A stretch of DNA of 64,000 bases. Origin: Paenibacillus foliorum. GTDB taxonomy: Bacteria > Bacillota > Bacilli > Paenibacillales > NBRC-103111. Under the pieces are notes generated by a model. It ran no database searches and was not told where the DNA came from. It was given only the letters and a program-made list of their open reading frames with translations. Location: assembly GCF_013141765.1 (NCBI RefSeq), contig NZ_WHOD01000062.1, positions 18,696 to 82,695 of the forward strand, written 5' to 3'. The first letter of the stretch is position 1. Every line of letters starts with the position of its first letter. Positions 29,126-38,901 of this stretch are shown in pieces. Made by a program: the position numbers and the translations under genes.

Positions 29126-29968
29126 TCACTTCGTAATATCAATAAACCCTTCTCCAAACACATCACGCACATCATGAATCGTTATAAACGCATTTTTATC
29201 GGTTGCCCTAACAATCTTCTTGAGCTGGCTCAATTCCTGTTTGCTAATAACAATATACAGAATCTCTTTAGCCGTTTTGGTGTAGTAGCCATGACCATAA
29301 ATAACGGTAACGCCTCTGTCCATCAGCACATTTACTTGTTCGGCAATCTTACTCTGTTCATTCGATATTATAGTAACGGCCTTTTTCGGGTTAAGCCCTT
29401 CTATGATGAAATCCATAACTTTGGTGGCCACATATAACATCACAATAGTAAGCATTACACTCTGAGCCCCAATGATAAAATACGAAGAAAAGACAACTAC
29501 CAAATCAAATAACAACAGGGCATAGCTGACATTCCAGTCGAGATACTTGTTCGCGATTCTGGCTAGAATGGTCGTACCCGCAGTTGTACCGCCAACTCTA
29601 ATTATTAAACCTAAGCCTATACCAGTAAGCACTCCCCCGAACAGTGCGTTTACGATTAATTCATCGGAAGAAATACGCCAACCCTCCGTTAAATATAAGA
29701 AAAGAGAATTGAAGGCAACCGCAACAATCGTGTAGAGAGTGGTCGTCTTATCCAAAAATTTAAAGCCTACTAGTAATAAGCAGGAATTTAATATCAAACT
29801 TACTAATCCGGGGGACCATTGAAAAAGGTAGTAGAGAATAATGCTTGTTCCAATAACCCCGCCCTCACCAAATTCATTAGGAATCACAAAAAGATTTATA
29901 GCCAAAGCAAAGAGCATCGCTCCAACAATTATAATACAAATATCCGCTGCCTTTTTTTTCATATCCAT
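29126..29968 (-). CDS. YitT-family membrane protein (DUF161 + DUF2179)
   Basis: Five or six TM helices followed by a C-terminal soluble DUF2179-like domain; 280 aa. Confidence 0.8.
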   Translation of the reverse strand: MDMKKKAADICIIIVGAMLFALAINLFVIPNEFGEGGVIGTSIILYYLFQWSPGLVSLILNSCLLLVGFKFLDKTTTLYTIVAVAFNSLFLYLTEGWRISSDELIVNALFGGVLTGIGLGLIIRVGGTTAGTTILARIANKYLDWNVSYALLLFDLVVVFSSYFIIGAQSVMLTIVMLYVATKVMDFIIEGLNPKKAVTIISNEQSKIAEQVNVLMDRGVTVIYGHGYYTKTAKEILYIVISKQELSQLKKIVRATDKNAFITIHDVRDVFGEGFIDITK

Positions 29969-30171
29969 GTACCTTTCTCAGCTCAAAGTTCGGCCTCTCA
30001 TTAGTAATACGATTTAGTATATCACCTCTTGAACGAAAAAACAGGGCATCCATATGGACACCCCAAGAAAGCCCAAAGGGGCAGTCCGTAAGTCTATAAG
30101 ACTTGAGACAACCCCTTGAACAAGCTAGCTAATAGTATGGGCGACAATCCCTTTTGATCCGTCAAAATAAC

Positions 30172-30663
30172 TTAGCTTCTACCATACTTCATGTTGAATG
30201 ATTCATCACTCGAAGCGAGATATATAATTCCTTCAATAAAGCCAATAAGAGCCGGGATATAAGTCCAACAAAAAAGTAAGTAAACAATGCCCCAGCCTAC
30301 TTTTCCTAGATAAAACTTATGAACTCCTAATCCACCAAGTAAAATTGCGAGTATACCTGCAGTAGTCTTGCTTTTTCTGGGAACATACACGTTGTTGTTC
30401 ATGTTGTTGTTCATATTATTCATGTTGTTGGCATTATTCACGCCATTCATCATTTCATTCATTTCACTCACCATTTCATTTACCTTGGTAATGGATTCCG
30501 CAGAATTCACATTAGAAGTGGTATGGGTGGTGGTTTGTGTGAAGGAATTAAACTGGGCTTGAGGTTGTGGCTGTCTGACAGCTAAAGCTTCCCCGCAATA
30601 TTTACATTCCGTCGCATTCGGTGCAACGGGTGCCCCGCAGGCCGTGCAGTTATTTGTGCTCAT
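30172..30663 (-). CDS. Zinc-ribbon / TM2-domain membrane protein with Asn/Met-rich linker (YdjG-like position)
   Basis: N-terminal CTACG...CKYCGE zinc ribbon, NMNNMNNNMNNN low-complexity linker, and a C-terminal TM2 domain (GILAILLGGLGVHKFYLGKVGWGIVYLL). Confidence 0.7.
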   Translation of the reverse strand: MSTNNCTACGAPVAPNATECKYCGEALAVRQPQPQAQFNSFTQTTTHTTSNVNSAESITKVNEMVSEMNEMMNGVNNANNMNNMNNNMNNNVYVPRKSKTTAGILAILLGGLGVHKFYLGKVGWGIVYLLFCWTYIPALIGFIEGIIYLASSDESFNMKYGRS

Positions 30664-30690
30664 AAGACTTTTCTCCCTTACTTTAAATAT

Positions 30691-31431
30691 TTATCTCACA
30701 TTTAATGCTTCTCTATTGACAATAAGACTTCGTGTTTCATCAATCAGATTCTGAATGTCAACGATATTTTTGTCGATTGAGTTGGATCGAATATGTAATT
30801 GTATAAACTCCAAATTATCCCGTATTGTGTTTTCCAGTTCATAAACTGCACTGTTTCCCGTAATTCTTCCAAAAGGGGTTGAAGCGTTTATCCGCTCTTT
30901 TAACATTTTGAAGGAATGAATGATGGGTAATATCCCTTCATTATTCTTTTTCGCATTTAGCGAAGCTTCAATAATCATTAGCTGCATATTGATGTTAGTC
31001 TTTTCAGACTGCTCCAATTCGGTTGTGTCCACTGCTTCCCGATTCGAAAAATAAGTAAGAGTTGACAATACACCAATCAGAATCGCAAAAACAACCAGTT
31101 CCCAGCAAATATACCAAACCATATTTCCCATAATAAAAATAACCGAGATGAGATTAGATACAGCTAAATAGATTATGGACACAACAACAATCGATATGGG
31201 ATAAGCAATACTGCCTCTTCCGAATAATAGCTTGGGAAAAACTACAGCACCACTGAAAAACAAAAGTCCTACAAACAAAACTATGGACATTATGACAAGC
31301 TTTAAAGGCGCCAAAATAAACAAAGCGGAAAAGATTGAAAAGAAACCCAAGACAATTGCAATGTCAAAAACCAGAGCTGCCAGCAACCTATAAAGTCCGA
31401 AATTGGAAAAATTGAAGTATCTCATATTCAC
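30691..31431 (-). CDS. Polytopic membrane protein with C-terminal soluble helical domain (YdjH-like position)
   Basis: Five TM helices in the first 130 aa; start overlaps the upstream gene's stop (ATGA). Confidence 0.5.
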   Translation of the reverse strand: MNMRYFNFSNFGLYRLLAALVFDIAIVLGFFSIFSALFILAPLKLVIMSIVLFVGLLFFSGAVVFPKLLFGRGSIAYPISIVVVSIIYLAVSNLISVIFIMGNMVWYICWELVVFAILIGVLSTLTYFSNREAVDTTELEQSEKTNINMQLMIIEASLNAKKNNEGILPIIHSFKMLKERINASTPFGRITGNSAVYELENTIRDNLEFIQLHIRSNSIDKNIVDIQNLIDETRSLIVNREALNVR

Positions 31432-32573
31432 TCCTCCAGTTTAGTGCCGCAGTCCGCACAGAACTTGGTTCCTGGTTTATTCTCTTTGTGACATCCGGGA
31501 CATATCTTTTTCATCATGGAGCTGCCGCAGTTCGAGCAAAACTTCACATTCTCATCAATTAAAGTACTGCAGGAGTAGCAGGCAATTTGAGCAATGATAA
31601 GCTTTTCACCGCAGTTACAACAAAATTTAGATCCTGCGTCATTCATTTCCCCACACTTTTTGCAAGCTAGCCCTTTGGGATGAGTATTCATGTCACTGCC
31701 TGGCATATTGGCAAATGTATTTCCCATAGCTGCACCCGCTCCAGCACCAAAGCCTAAACCCAATCCAGTCGCCGCTAGACCTCCTGCACTCTCATTGCCA
31801 GCCACGGTTTCCATCACATCAAATTTACGTTTAACTGTGTAACGATTATCCCCTATAATATCGAAGGCTGCTTTTTCGCCTAGTAATTTGTTAATAGTTT
31901 CGAAATCTTCATCGGGAAAATTAATAGATGACAAATAGAAATTAACAACTTCTATGCCAAAGCGTTCAAACTCATCAGATAGACTTCGCTGGGAAGTCTC
32001 TGAGATTTCCTCCAGTCGAGGAGCTATTTCAAGGACAGAAATTTTTTGATTAATAATGATATCTGCAATAATAGTTTTAACCTTTGTGACAGTAACACCT
32101 TTGAAATAGTTGATTACGGTATCATATTTAACAATCTGATCATCGCCCACAGCACCTATGAGTTCTGTCAAAAATACGCGAAAATCAGAAATCTTCATTC
32201 CAAATTGCCCAAAAGCGCGCACTCTTAATCTCACCGCATATTTAGGATCAATTAAGCTGATCGGGTCACTGGTTCCCCATAAAACATCCAGCTTTACTGT
32301 TTTGTTTATAAAAAATACTTCTGCGGTAAAAGGAGTCCTTCCACCGAAAGGAATATTGATTAGCCCTTGTAAAATAGGAATATTTTTTGAATTGAGGGTG
32401 TGGGTTCCTGCCGAGAAATAGTCGAGAGCCTTCCCCCCTTTAACAAAAACAGCTATCTGACCCTCACCAACAATAAGTTGTGTACCAAAGACAAAACTCT
32501 CGCCTGGATAACGGTAAACCAACCAATTTCGGCTGGCTATCCCATTAAATTTTATAACATCAATAATAGCCAA
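31428..32573 (-). CDS. SPFH-like (Band_7_1, 'virion core protein'-type) protein with three C-terminal zinc ribbons; YdjI-like
   Basis: The N-terminal ~250 aa resemble B. subtilis YdjI (VIKFNG...WLVYRYPGE...GQIAVFVKGG...AEVFFINKT...LWGT). The C-terminus has three CxxC-N(10-12)-CxxC zinc ribbons. Confidence 0.7.
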   Translation of the reverse strand: MAIIDVIKFNGIASRNWLVYRYPGESFVFGTQLIVGEGQIAVFVKGGKALDYFSAGTHTLNSKNIPILQGLINIPFGGRTPFTAEVFFINKTVKLDVLWGTSDPISLIDPKYAVRLRVRAFGQFGMKISDFRVFLTELIGAVGDDQIVKYDTVINYFKGVTVTKVKTIIADIIINQKISVLEIAPRLEEISETSQRSLSDEFERFGIEVVNFYLSSINFPDEDFETINKLLGEKAAFDIIGDNRYTVKRKFDVMETVAGNESAGGLAATGLGLGFGAGAGAAMGNTFANMPGSDMNTHPKGLACKKCGEMNDAGSKFCCNCGEKLIIAQIACYSCSTLIDENVKFCSNCGSSMMKKICPGCHKENKPGTKFCADCGTKLEE

Positions 32574-32769
32574 ACCTATCCCTCTCCCACTCTATCAATT
32601 CCAAACTTTGTCTCCTAATTGTATTATACCTTCTCTCTTTTAATCAAATATTATTTAAAATATGCCAAATTATGCAGACTCAACCTTATCTTTCAATAGG
32701 GTAAAAGGGAATGGACAGAGTTGAATCGAATGTACTTGTAAAATCTATCAGTAAAGGAATCAATGCGAT

Positions 32770-33255
32770 ATGGAAGATAGATGGGAATTGCTTTATACGA
32801 AGCTACAAACAATCTCTCCTATTCCTCGGGAGGAATGGATAGTCTTTAAGAGGTTAGCGGCCTATAGAACCGTTTCAAAGGGCAGCCATTTTGTTAGGAC
32901 GGGGGAGTTTACAGACTCTATTGGTATATGTGTAAGCGGGTTATTTCGTTTATATTACACCACTCCGGAGGGGAATGAGTTTAATAAAAGCTTTTGCACC
33001 CAGCATGATTTCGTTGTTTCTTACAGCTCCTTGCTGCAAAATGCCCCTTCGTTTTTCTCCATTCAATCGTTGATGGACAGTGAGCTGATCGTCATCGGTT
33101 ATCGAGATTTTCAATCGCTTTATTCCCGGCATGTATGTTGGGAGCGGCTGGGCCGCATCCTTATCGAGCAGCTATTCCTCAATACCATATTGCCTCCTAT
33201 CTTGGGATTACTCCGGTAGCTTTAAGCCGAATTCGCAGAAAATTAACCTAGGTTA
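32770..33255 (+). pseudogene. Crp/Fnr-family regulator, frameshifted and truncated
   Basis: An intact cNMP-binding domain (149 aa) ends prematurely. The expected HTH (AAIPQYHIASYLGITPVALSRIRRKLT*) is in a different frame starting near 33190 and itself ends early. Confidence 0.5.
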
Positions 33256-33309
33256 ATGCAGAACTCCCCCTTCCTGCTCTACATTGAGTATAGGAAAGGG
33301 GAGATTGAA

Positions 33310-34044
33310 TTGGAAGTTACAGGTCACACCATACTAATAACAGGCGGTGCATCGGGGATTGGGTTAGCCTTGGCAGAACGATTCATTCACAACGATAATC
33401 AAGTCATTATTGTAGGACGGAATGAAAATAAACTGAACCGGTTGAAATTACAATACCCGAACATCACTACCTATGCTTGTAATATAGGGGTAGAGGAGCA
33501 ACTGAACCTGCTAGTCAAACAGCTATATGATAACCATCCTGAACTTAATATTCTCATCAATAACGCTGGAATCCAGCATAATTACTCGTTTATGGATACA
33601 TCGAATCATTCTGATCGAATTGCAGAGGAAATTGCCGTCAATTTAATATCGCCCATTCAACTCATCTCCAAGCTGCTTCCGCTACTTGCCCGTCAGAAGC
33701 ACGCCGCAATCGTTAACGTTTCTTCCGGCTTAGGCCTTGTACCGAAGAAGTCTGCCCCCGTGTACTGTTCGTCCAAAGCTGGCCTGCACATCTTCACCAA
33801 AGCTCTTCGCTATCAGCTAGAGAATACGAATATCAAGGTATTTGAGATCATTCCGCCTGTAGTGGACACCGATATGACGAAAGGTAGAGGGAGGAATAAA
33901 ATCTCTCCCGATGAGCTTGCTGCACAGTTCCTGACTTATTTTCAGAAGGATCGATTGGAAGTCCCCATTGGCAAAATCAAATGGCTTACATTTATTAATC
34001 GTTTGTACCCGGCTCTTGCAGAAAAAATTTTGAAAAATAGCTAA
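33310..34044 (+). CDS. Short-chain dehydrogenase/reductase (SDR) family oxidoreductase
   Basis: TGGASGIG Rossmann motif, NNAG, and catalytic S...Y..SK (YCSSKAG). Probable TTG start at 33310, which has a GGAAAGGGGAG RBS. Confidence 0.8.
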   Translation: MEVTGHTILITGGASGIGLALAERFIHNDNQVIIVGRNENKLNRLKLQYPNITTYACNIGVEEQLNLLVKQLYDNHPELNILINNAGIQHNYSFMDTSNHSDRIAEEIAVNLISPIQLISKLLPLLARQKHAAIVNVSSGLGLVPKKSAPVYCSSKAGLHIFTKALRYQLENTNIKVFEIIPPVVDTDMTKGRGRNKISPDELAAQFLTYFQKDRLEVPIGKIKWLTFINRLYPALAEKILKNS

Positions 34045-34088
34045 CCTCTATCCTCTACCCACAAAATTTTCCGACTCGCTCGTTGCAA

Positions 34089-36764
34089 TCAGGCAATAAT
34101 CTTCGTTTTCTTTGCATTCGCCGTTGATTTCTTAATAATCCCGCTAAGCGGACGTTTCAGAGCAAGAGCGACGAACAAGCTGAGGCCGATGAATCCGAAC
34201 AGGTACAAAATATCCCTAATCGCTGTTTCCCAAACAATGCCTCCAACCCCTTCTCTCAACAAGCTGATCGCATAGGTGAATGGCATAAACGGATTCAACA
34301 TCTGAAAGAAACGTGAAGTCATGCTAATGGGAAATGTACCGCCCGAGCTGGAAAATTGGAACACCATAAAGATGATCGCGATTCCTTTGCCCACATTGCC
34401 GAAAACAGACAGAAGCGTGTAAGTAATCGTAACGAACACCGCGCTAACCAGCATGGCGAATAAAACAAACTCTATTTTGTCAGCCACGAAGGCATTCAGT
34501 ATAAAGAAATCCCCAAGCGTAATACACAGCGCCTGAAGCAGCCCGATCGTCAAGAACGTCGCCAATCGACCTAAGTATAATTGATACGGCTTGAAGCTCC
34601 CCTCCGGATTGTCGGCCTCTGCCTTCAATAATGAAATCAACAACGTTGCGCCTACCCATAAGGATAATACGCAATAAAATGGAGACATCGCTGAGCCATA
34701 ATTCGGAATCGGATATTTCCGGTTCTCTATGATCTGCACAGGACTGGCCATAAACTCGCTCTCTTTCTGAATGTCTCCGCGTAAGAGCTTAGCCAGGTCT
34801 GCGAAGTGGTTGTTCCCTTCAACCTCCCTGAGCTTGTTCGCTGCTTGGCGAACAGCCTGCTCAAGCTGAGGCAAGTCGTTACGAACGAGTCCCGCGATTT
34901 TATGGACGCCGTCCTCGACCTCCGGAAGCTTATCACGTACGAAATCAGCTAGCTTGGAGAGCTCCTTCTCCGCCTGAGGCAAGTCATTCTCAATGAATGA
35001 AGCCGCGTCGTTCAGCTTCCCCCCAATTGTGGAGAGATTGTTCTGAACGAAAGGCGCAGCGATATCAATCGCTTTGGAGAAAGCATCCACTTTACTCTGA
35101 AGCGATTGCGCCAGCTCATGGACCTTCGCACGAACCTGCGGCATCTGTTCCTGAATCTGAATCAGCTCCGCTTGCCCGAATTCCAAGCCTGTCTTCGCAT
35201 CCTTAAGGATTGCTTCTATATTCGGGAGCTTATCTTTAGCCGCCTGTAGTTTATCGGAAGATGCACCCGCGATTGTCCGCAGCTTCTCGATACCTTGAGC
35301 AATTGAAGGAACAATCTCGCTATCGTATCTGGAGAGAATGCTGCCTAATCCGGCACTCGTGTTTTTGGACAGCTCATTTAATCGTTCAATCAAATCCTTC
35401 GCAGGTGTATTTCCATTTGCCAGAGAGGTTGCAATCGTGCTTAATATCGCAACCTGCCGGTTCAAATTATTTTCTATCGTCTGTAGGCGTTCAATTTCTG
35501 CATTCAAGGGTTGGCCCGGAATGTAGCTGTTAATGCGTCCAAGCAATGACTTGGTATTTTCAACCACACTTATGAGCTTGGTAAGTCTGTCTTTAACAGC
35601 CGTTACCTCTGCTGCCGTAGGCAAGACCTTGGGATCTATGCTCAATAATCGGTCTGTGAGCAGTGCGATGGAATCATTCACATGCTGCACTAACGTCAAA
35701 TTTTCCTTTATCAACGGGGCTATCGTCTCGAAGGCATCCTTGTTCGCAACCAGAAATTCATTTAATTGATTAGCGAATGCGGTGCCTTTATCAGCAAGCT
35801 CAGCAATTCGGGGCAAGGCATCTTGCGCAGCCGTAACGATCTGGATCGCCTTATTTGCCTTGTCCACGGCAGCAGTAATCGTATCCGCTACTTTGTCAAA
35901 ATGCTGATCCAGCTCCTGGATTCGATCTGCTGCTTGCTGAATTTCTGGAAGCTTCTTCTGAATCTCGACGATCTCCGATAAAGCCTCGCTGATTTTGGGC
36001 CAATTGCTTTGAATTTTCAGCACATACTGAGCGGCCTGATTAATCTCGGGAATTCTCTTCTCCACTTCCGGTATGATTTGAGCTTTCTCATGGATTGCAG
36101 GCAGCTTCTCCTCTAGCTCCAATACCTTCTGTGCTGCGGCTTCAATCTCAGGCAGCCTGCTTTCGAGTTCAAAGATGCCGTTCTCAACTTTGCGAATAGT
36201 CGGCAGTTGTTCCTCGATTTGAATGCCGATCTCCGCAAGCTTCGTAAGCAAGGCTTCGCTAACCGCTTGTGTAAAGCTCTCATTGATCTGCTTAGTGATC
36301 GCAGAGACACCGGATGAGGTGACCTTGGGAGCAACCGCATTCACTTTCTCGTTCACCGTATAGATCACCTCCGGCTTGTCCAGGTTTCCGGTGATAATCC
36401 CAGTTATTTTGGAAGAGAAGTCGGACGGAATCAAGATACTGGCATAGTAGATCCCTCTGTCCACCCCTTTCTCTGCCTCTTCCTTGCTGACGAAAGTCCA
36501 ACCAAGCTTCTTGTTGCTCTCCAAGCTTTTAAGCAGATCACTCCCGATATTGATGTCTTTATCGACAACTTTAACTCCTTGATCCTCGCTTGTAACCGCT
36601 ACTTTAACTCCAGAGGTATTGGCATAAGGGTCCCAGACCGAGCTGATATTAACCCAATCGTATAAACATGGCAGAAGAATGATCGCCACAATCAGAAAAA
36701 TTCCCGTAGGCACCTTAAAAATATTTAACCAATCTGTTTTGTAAAACCGCCATATTGAACGCAT
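34089..36764 (-). CDS. YhgE/Pip-domain membrane protein (phage infection protein family)
   Basis: N-terminal TM anchor, a ~600-aa extracellular coiled-coil region, and a C-terminal 5-TM ABC-2-like domain; 891 aa. Confidence 0.85.
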   Translation of the reverse strand: MRSIWRFYKTDWLNIFKVPTGIFLIVAIILLPCLYDWVNISSVWDPYANTSGVKVAVTSEDQGVKVVDKDINIGSDLLKSLESNKKLGWTFVSKEEAEKGVDRGIYYASILIPSDFSSKITGIITGNLDKPEVIYTVNEKVNAVAPKVTSSGVSAITKQINESFTQAVSEALLTKLAEIGIQIEEQLPTIRKVENGIFELESRLPEIEAAAQKVLELEEKLPAIHEKAQIIPEVEKRIPEINQAAQYVLKIQSNWPKISEALSEIVEIQKKLPEIQQAADRIQELDQHFDKVADTITAAVDKANKAIQIVTAAQDALPRIAELADKGTAFANQLNEFLVANKDAFETIAPLIKENLTLVQHVNDSIALLTDRLLSIDPKVLPTAAEVTAVKDRLTKLISVVENTKSLLGRINSYIPGQPLNAEIERLQTIENNLNRQVAILSTIATSLANGNTPAKDLIERLNELSKNTSAGLGSILSRYDSEIVPSIAQGIEKLRTIAGASSDKLQAAKDKLPNIEAILKDAKTGLEFGQAELIQIQEQMPQVRAKVHELAQSLQSKVDAFSKAIDIAAPFVQNNLSTIGGKLNDAASFIENDLPQAEKELSKLADFVRDKLPEVEDGVHKIAGLVRNDLPQLEQAVRQAANKLREVEGNNHFADLAKLLRGDIQKESEFMASPVQIIENRKYPIPNYGSAMSPFYCVLSLWVGATLLISLLKAEADNPEGSFKPYQLYLGRLATFLTIGLLQALCITLGDFFILNAFVADKIEFVLFAMLVSAVFVTITYTLLSVFGNVGKGIAIIFMVFQFSSSGGTFPISMTSRFFQMLNPFMPFTYAISLLREGVGGIVWETAIRDILYLFGFIGLSLFVALALKRPLSGIIKKSTANAKKTKIIA

Positions 36765-36957
36765 GTATATCCCACCTACAGTTTAATAATGAAATGAATA
36801 GAAGAACAACCACACATGATAGTTGCCATGAAAGGAACGACAAGGAAGGTCAACTGCGTCCATTGTATTATCGTTCCTTAATTAGGTAATTTTATTACTA
36901 TAACATTTCATTAGTAAAAAAACTTCCCCCTAAGAAGAGGTACGGCTAGCCCTACGC

Positions 36958-37010
36958 AAAAAAAGAAGCTGTCCCTGCCATATATAATGGCTTTGGGAAC
37001 AGCCCCTTTT
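36958..37010 (-). terminator. Terminator downstream of the opp operon
   Basis: GGGGCTGTTCCC...GGGACAGC imperfect hairpin followed by TTCTTTTTT on the minus strand. Confidence 0.45.
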
Positions 37011-37114
37011 GAAATTCATGAAAAATAGAGCAGCGGTTAAGCTGCCCCTCTAATTTCCAGCTAAAATGTTTTTATTCATAATTCCTCGTCATTCATTAAT
37101 CAATAAGCCTATTC

Positions 37115-38884
37115 TTACTCCACTTCCGGCTTCTCCGAAGTGATACTGACGTCTTTCCAGGTTAATTTAGAGCTTGGATCAACCGTTAAATTCTTCACAC
37201 GATTGTTCACTGCATAAATCTCAGCGCGGTATAAGGTCGGAATCACAGGTAGCTCTTCACTCATTAATGCTTGCCACTGGTTATAAATATCCTTGCGGTA
37301 TTCCTTATTAAAGGCTTGTTCGGAATGGCCCTTTTCTAATAACTCATCGTTTTTGGCATTGACCCAATGCGTGTAGTTGAACATAACGTTACGTCCATAT
37401 AATCCGTATGGATCGACATCTGAACCCGTTGACCACGCTGCCGCAAATATGTCCACTTTAGGATCATCCTTTTGCACCCTATCGTAGAACGAGTTGAATT
37501 CTGCTAACCGGCCATCGACAAGCTGTACATCCAGACCAACCTCTTTCCAGCTCTGCATATAAAATTTGGCCAGTGGTTCAGCGATATCACTTCCGCTCAT
37601 CATAAGGAAGTTGATCGTAAATTTCTTTCCATCCGGATCTTCACGTAGTCCGTCCCCGTCTTTATCCTTGTATCCTGCTTCTTCTAACAGCTTTTTCGCT
37701 TTTTCAGGATCATGCGTGTATCCCTTCGCACTCTTGTCGTGATATCCCATGAAGGATGGCGGGATTACAGTTGTGGCGGGAAGGCGCAGGCCATGGTAGA
37801 GCTTATCTCCGACTGACTGATTATCCATTGCATAAGCCATAGCTTGCCGAAGCTTTTTGTTTTGGAATTTTGGATTATCCATTACACTTTCTTCTTTTTG
37901 CGCGTCCCAATGACCGAGCTTGAACCCGATGTACGTGTAGGCTGAGTCAATTTTGCCGATAAATTGAAGGTTCTTTGTGCCTTTTGCCGTTACATATTGA
38001 TCCGTCGGAAATTCAGCCAGATCAACTTCACCTTTTTTCAGGGATTGCAGCACAACCTGTGGGCTGACCACTTTGACAATAACACCCTTTAAGCTCGGCT
38101 TTCCTTCCCAATAATCCTCGTTGCGAACGAATTCGACCGATTCCCCAGGAACGATCTTGTTCAATTTAAACGGACCAAAGCCAATGGGGTTTTTACGAAT
38201 TTTATTGGACTGTGCCATTTGATTGATTGGAATGTCCTTCAAATAATGCTTGGGAAACGGGGCTGCCCACACTCCTGTTAATAAGGATGGATTAGCGTCT
38301 TTCCATGTAATGGTTAATGTCTTGGCGTCGATAACTTTAATTCCTGTAATATTTTGCGCCTTCCCGCTATGGTACTCTTCCATCCCCACTATGTCTTGAA
38401 AGAGAGAACTTCCGTAGCGAACACCTGTATAGTCCTTGTTACCAATCACCAGGTAGGCATATTCCAAATCCTCGGCTTTTACAGGCTCCCCGTCATGCCA
38501 TTTAATATTATCTTTGATTTTGATGGTCATCGTTTTTTTATCATTGGAAAGCTCGAAAGTGGCGGCTCCATCATTCGTAATTTCGTAATCACCATTCGTG
38601 CGGAAGAGCGATTCATCAAAAAATTGCATAATCTCCGCATCCGGCGTCCCTGTGTAAAAAGCTGTGTTAAGTGTCCCTTCAAACGGAGTACTGGATACTA
38701 AGGCGTAATTCAGCACTCCTTCAACGGACTTACCGTCGTTTTTGACAGCCAACGGAAAGCTTTCGATGCTTTCTTTTTTGACTTCTGGTTTCTTGTTGGA
38801 ACTACTTGTCACGCTGCTCTCACACGCCGATAGCACAAGCAAAAGACCGACCAGCACACTAAAAAGCTTCCCATACTTGCCCAT
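37115..38884 (-). CDS. oppA: Oligopeptide ABC transporter substrate-binding lipoprotein (SBP family 5)
   Basis: Lipobox LSAC; 589 aa; family-5 SBP; last gene of the oppDFBCA-order operon. Confidence 0.85.
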   Translation of the reverse strand: MGKYGKLFSVLVGLLLVLSACESSVTSSSNKKPEVKKESIESFPLAVKNDGKSVEGVLNYALVSSTPFEGTLNTAFYTGTPDAEIMQFFDESLFRTNGDYEITNDGAATFELSNDKKTMTIKIKDNIKWHDGEPVKAEDLEYAYLVIGNKDYTGVRYGSSLFQDIVGMEEYHSGKAQNITGIKVIDAKTLTITWKDANPSLLTGVWAAPFPKHYLKDIPINQMAQSNKIRKNPIGFGPFKLNKIVPGESVEFVRNEDYWEGKPSLKGVIVKVVSPQVVLQSLKKGEVDLAEFPTDQYVTAKGTKNLQFIGKIDSAYTYIGFKLGHWDAQKEESVMDNPKFQNKKLRQAMAYAMDNQSVGDKLYHGLRLPATTVIPPSFMGYHDKSAKGYTHDPEKAKKLLEEAGYKDKDGDGLREDPDGKKFTINFLMMSGSDIAEPLAKFYMQSWKEVGLDVQLVDGRLAEFNSFYDRVQKDDPKVDIFAAAWSTGSDVDPYGLYGRNVMFNYTHWVNAKNDELLEKGHSEQAFNKEYRKDIYNQWQALMSEELPVIPTLYRAEIYAVNNRVKNLTVDPSSKLTWKDVSITSEKPEVE

Positions 38885-38901
38885 TCGCTGCTTCCCCCTT
38901 A

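Noticed and set aside
30395-30450. Apparent short tandem DNA repeat (aacatgaacaacaac-like units).
   Set aside because: It lies inside the TM2-protein ORF and encodes an Asn/Met-rich low-complexity linker, so it is coding low complexity and not a non-coding repeat.
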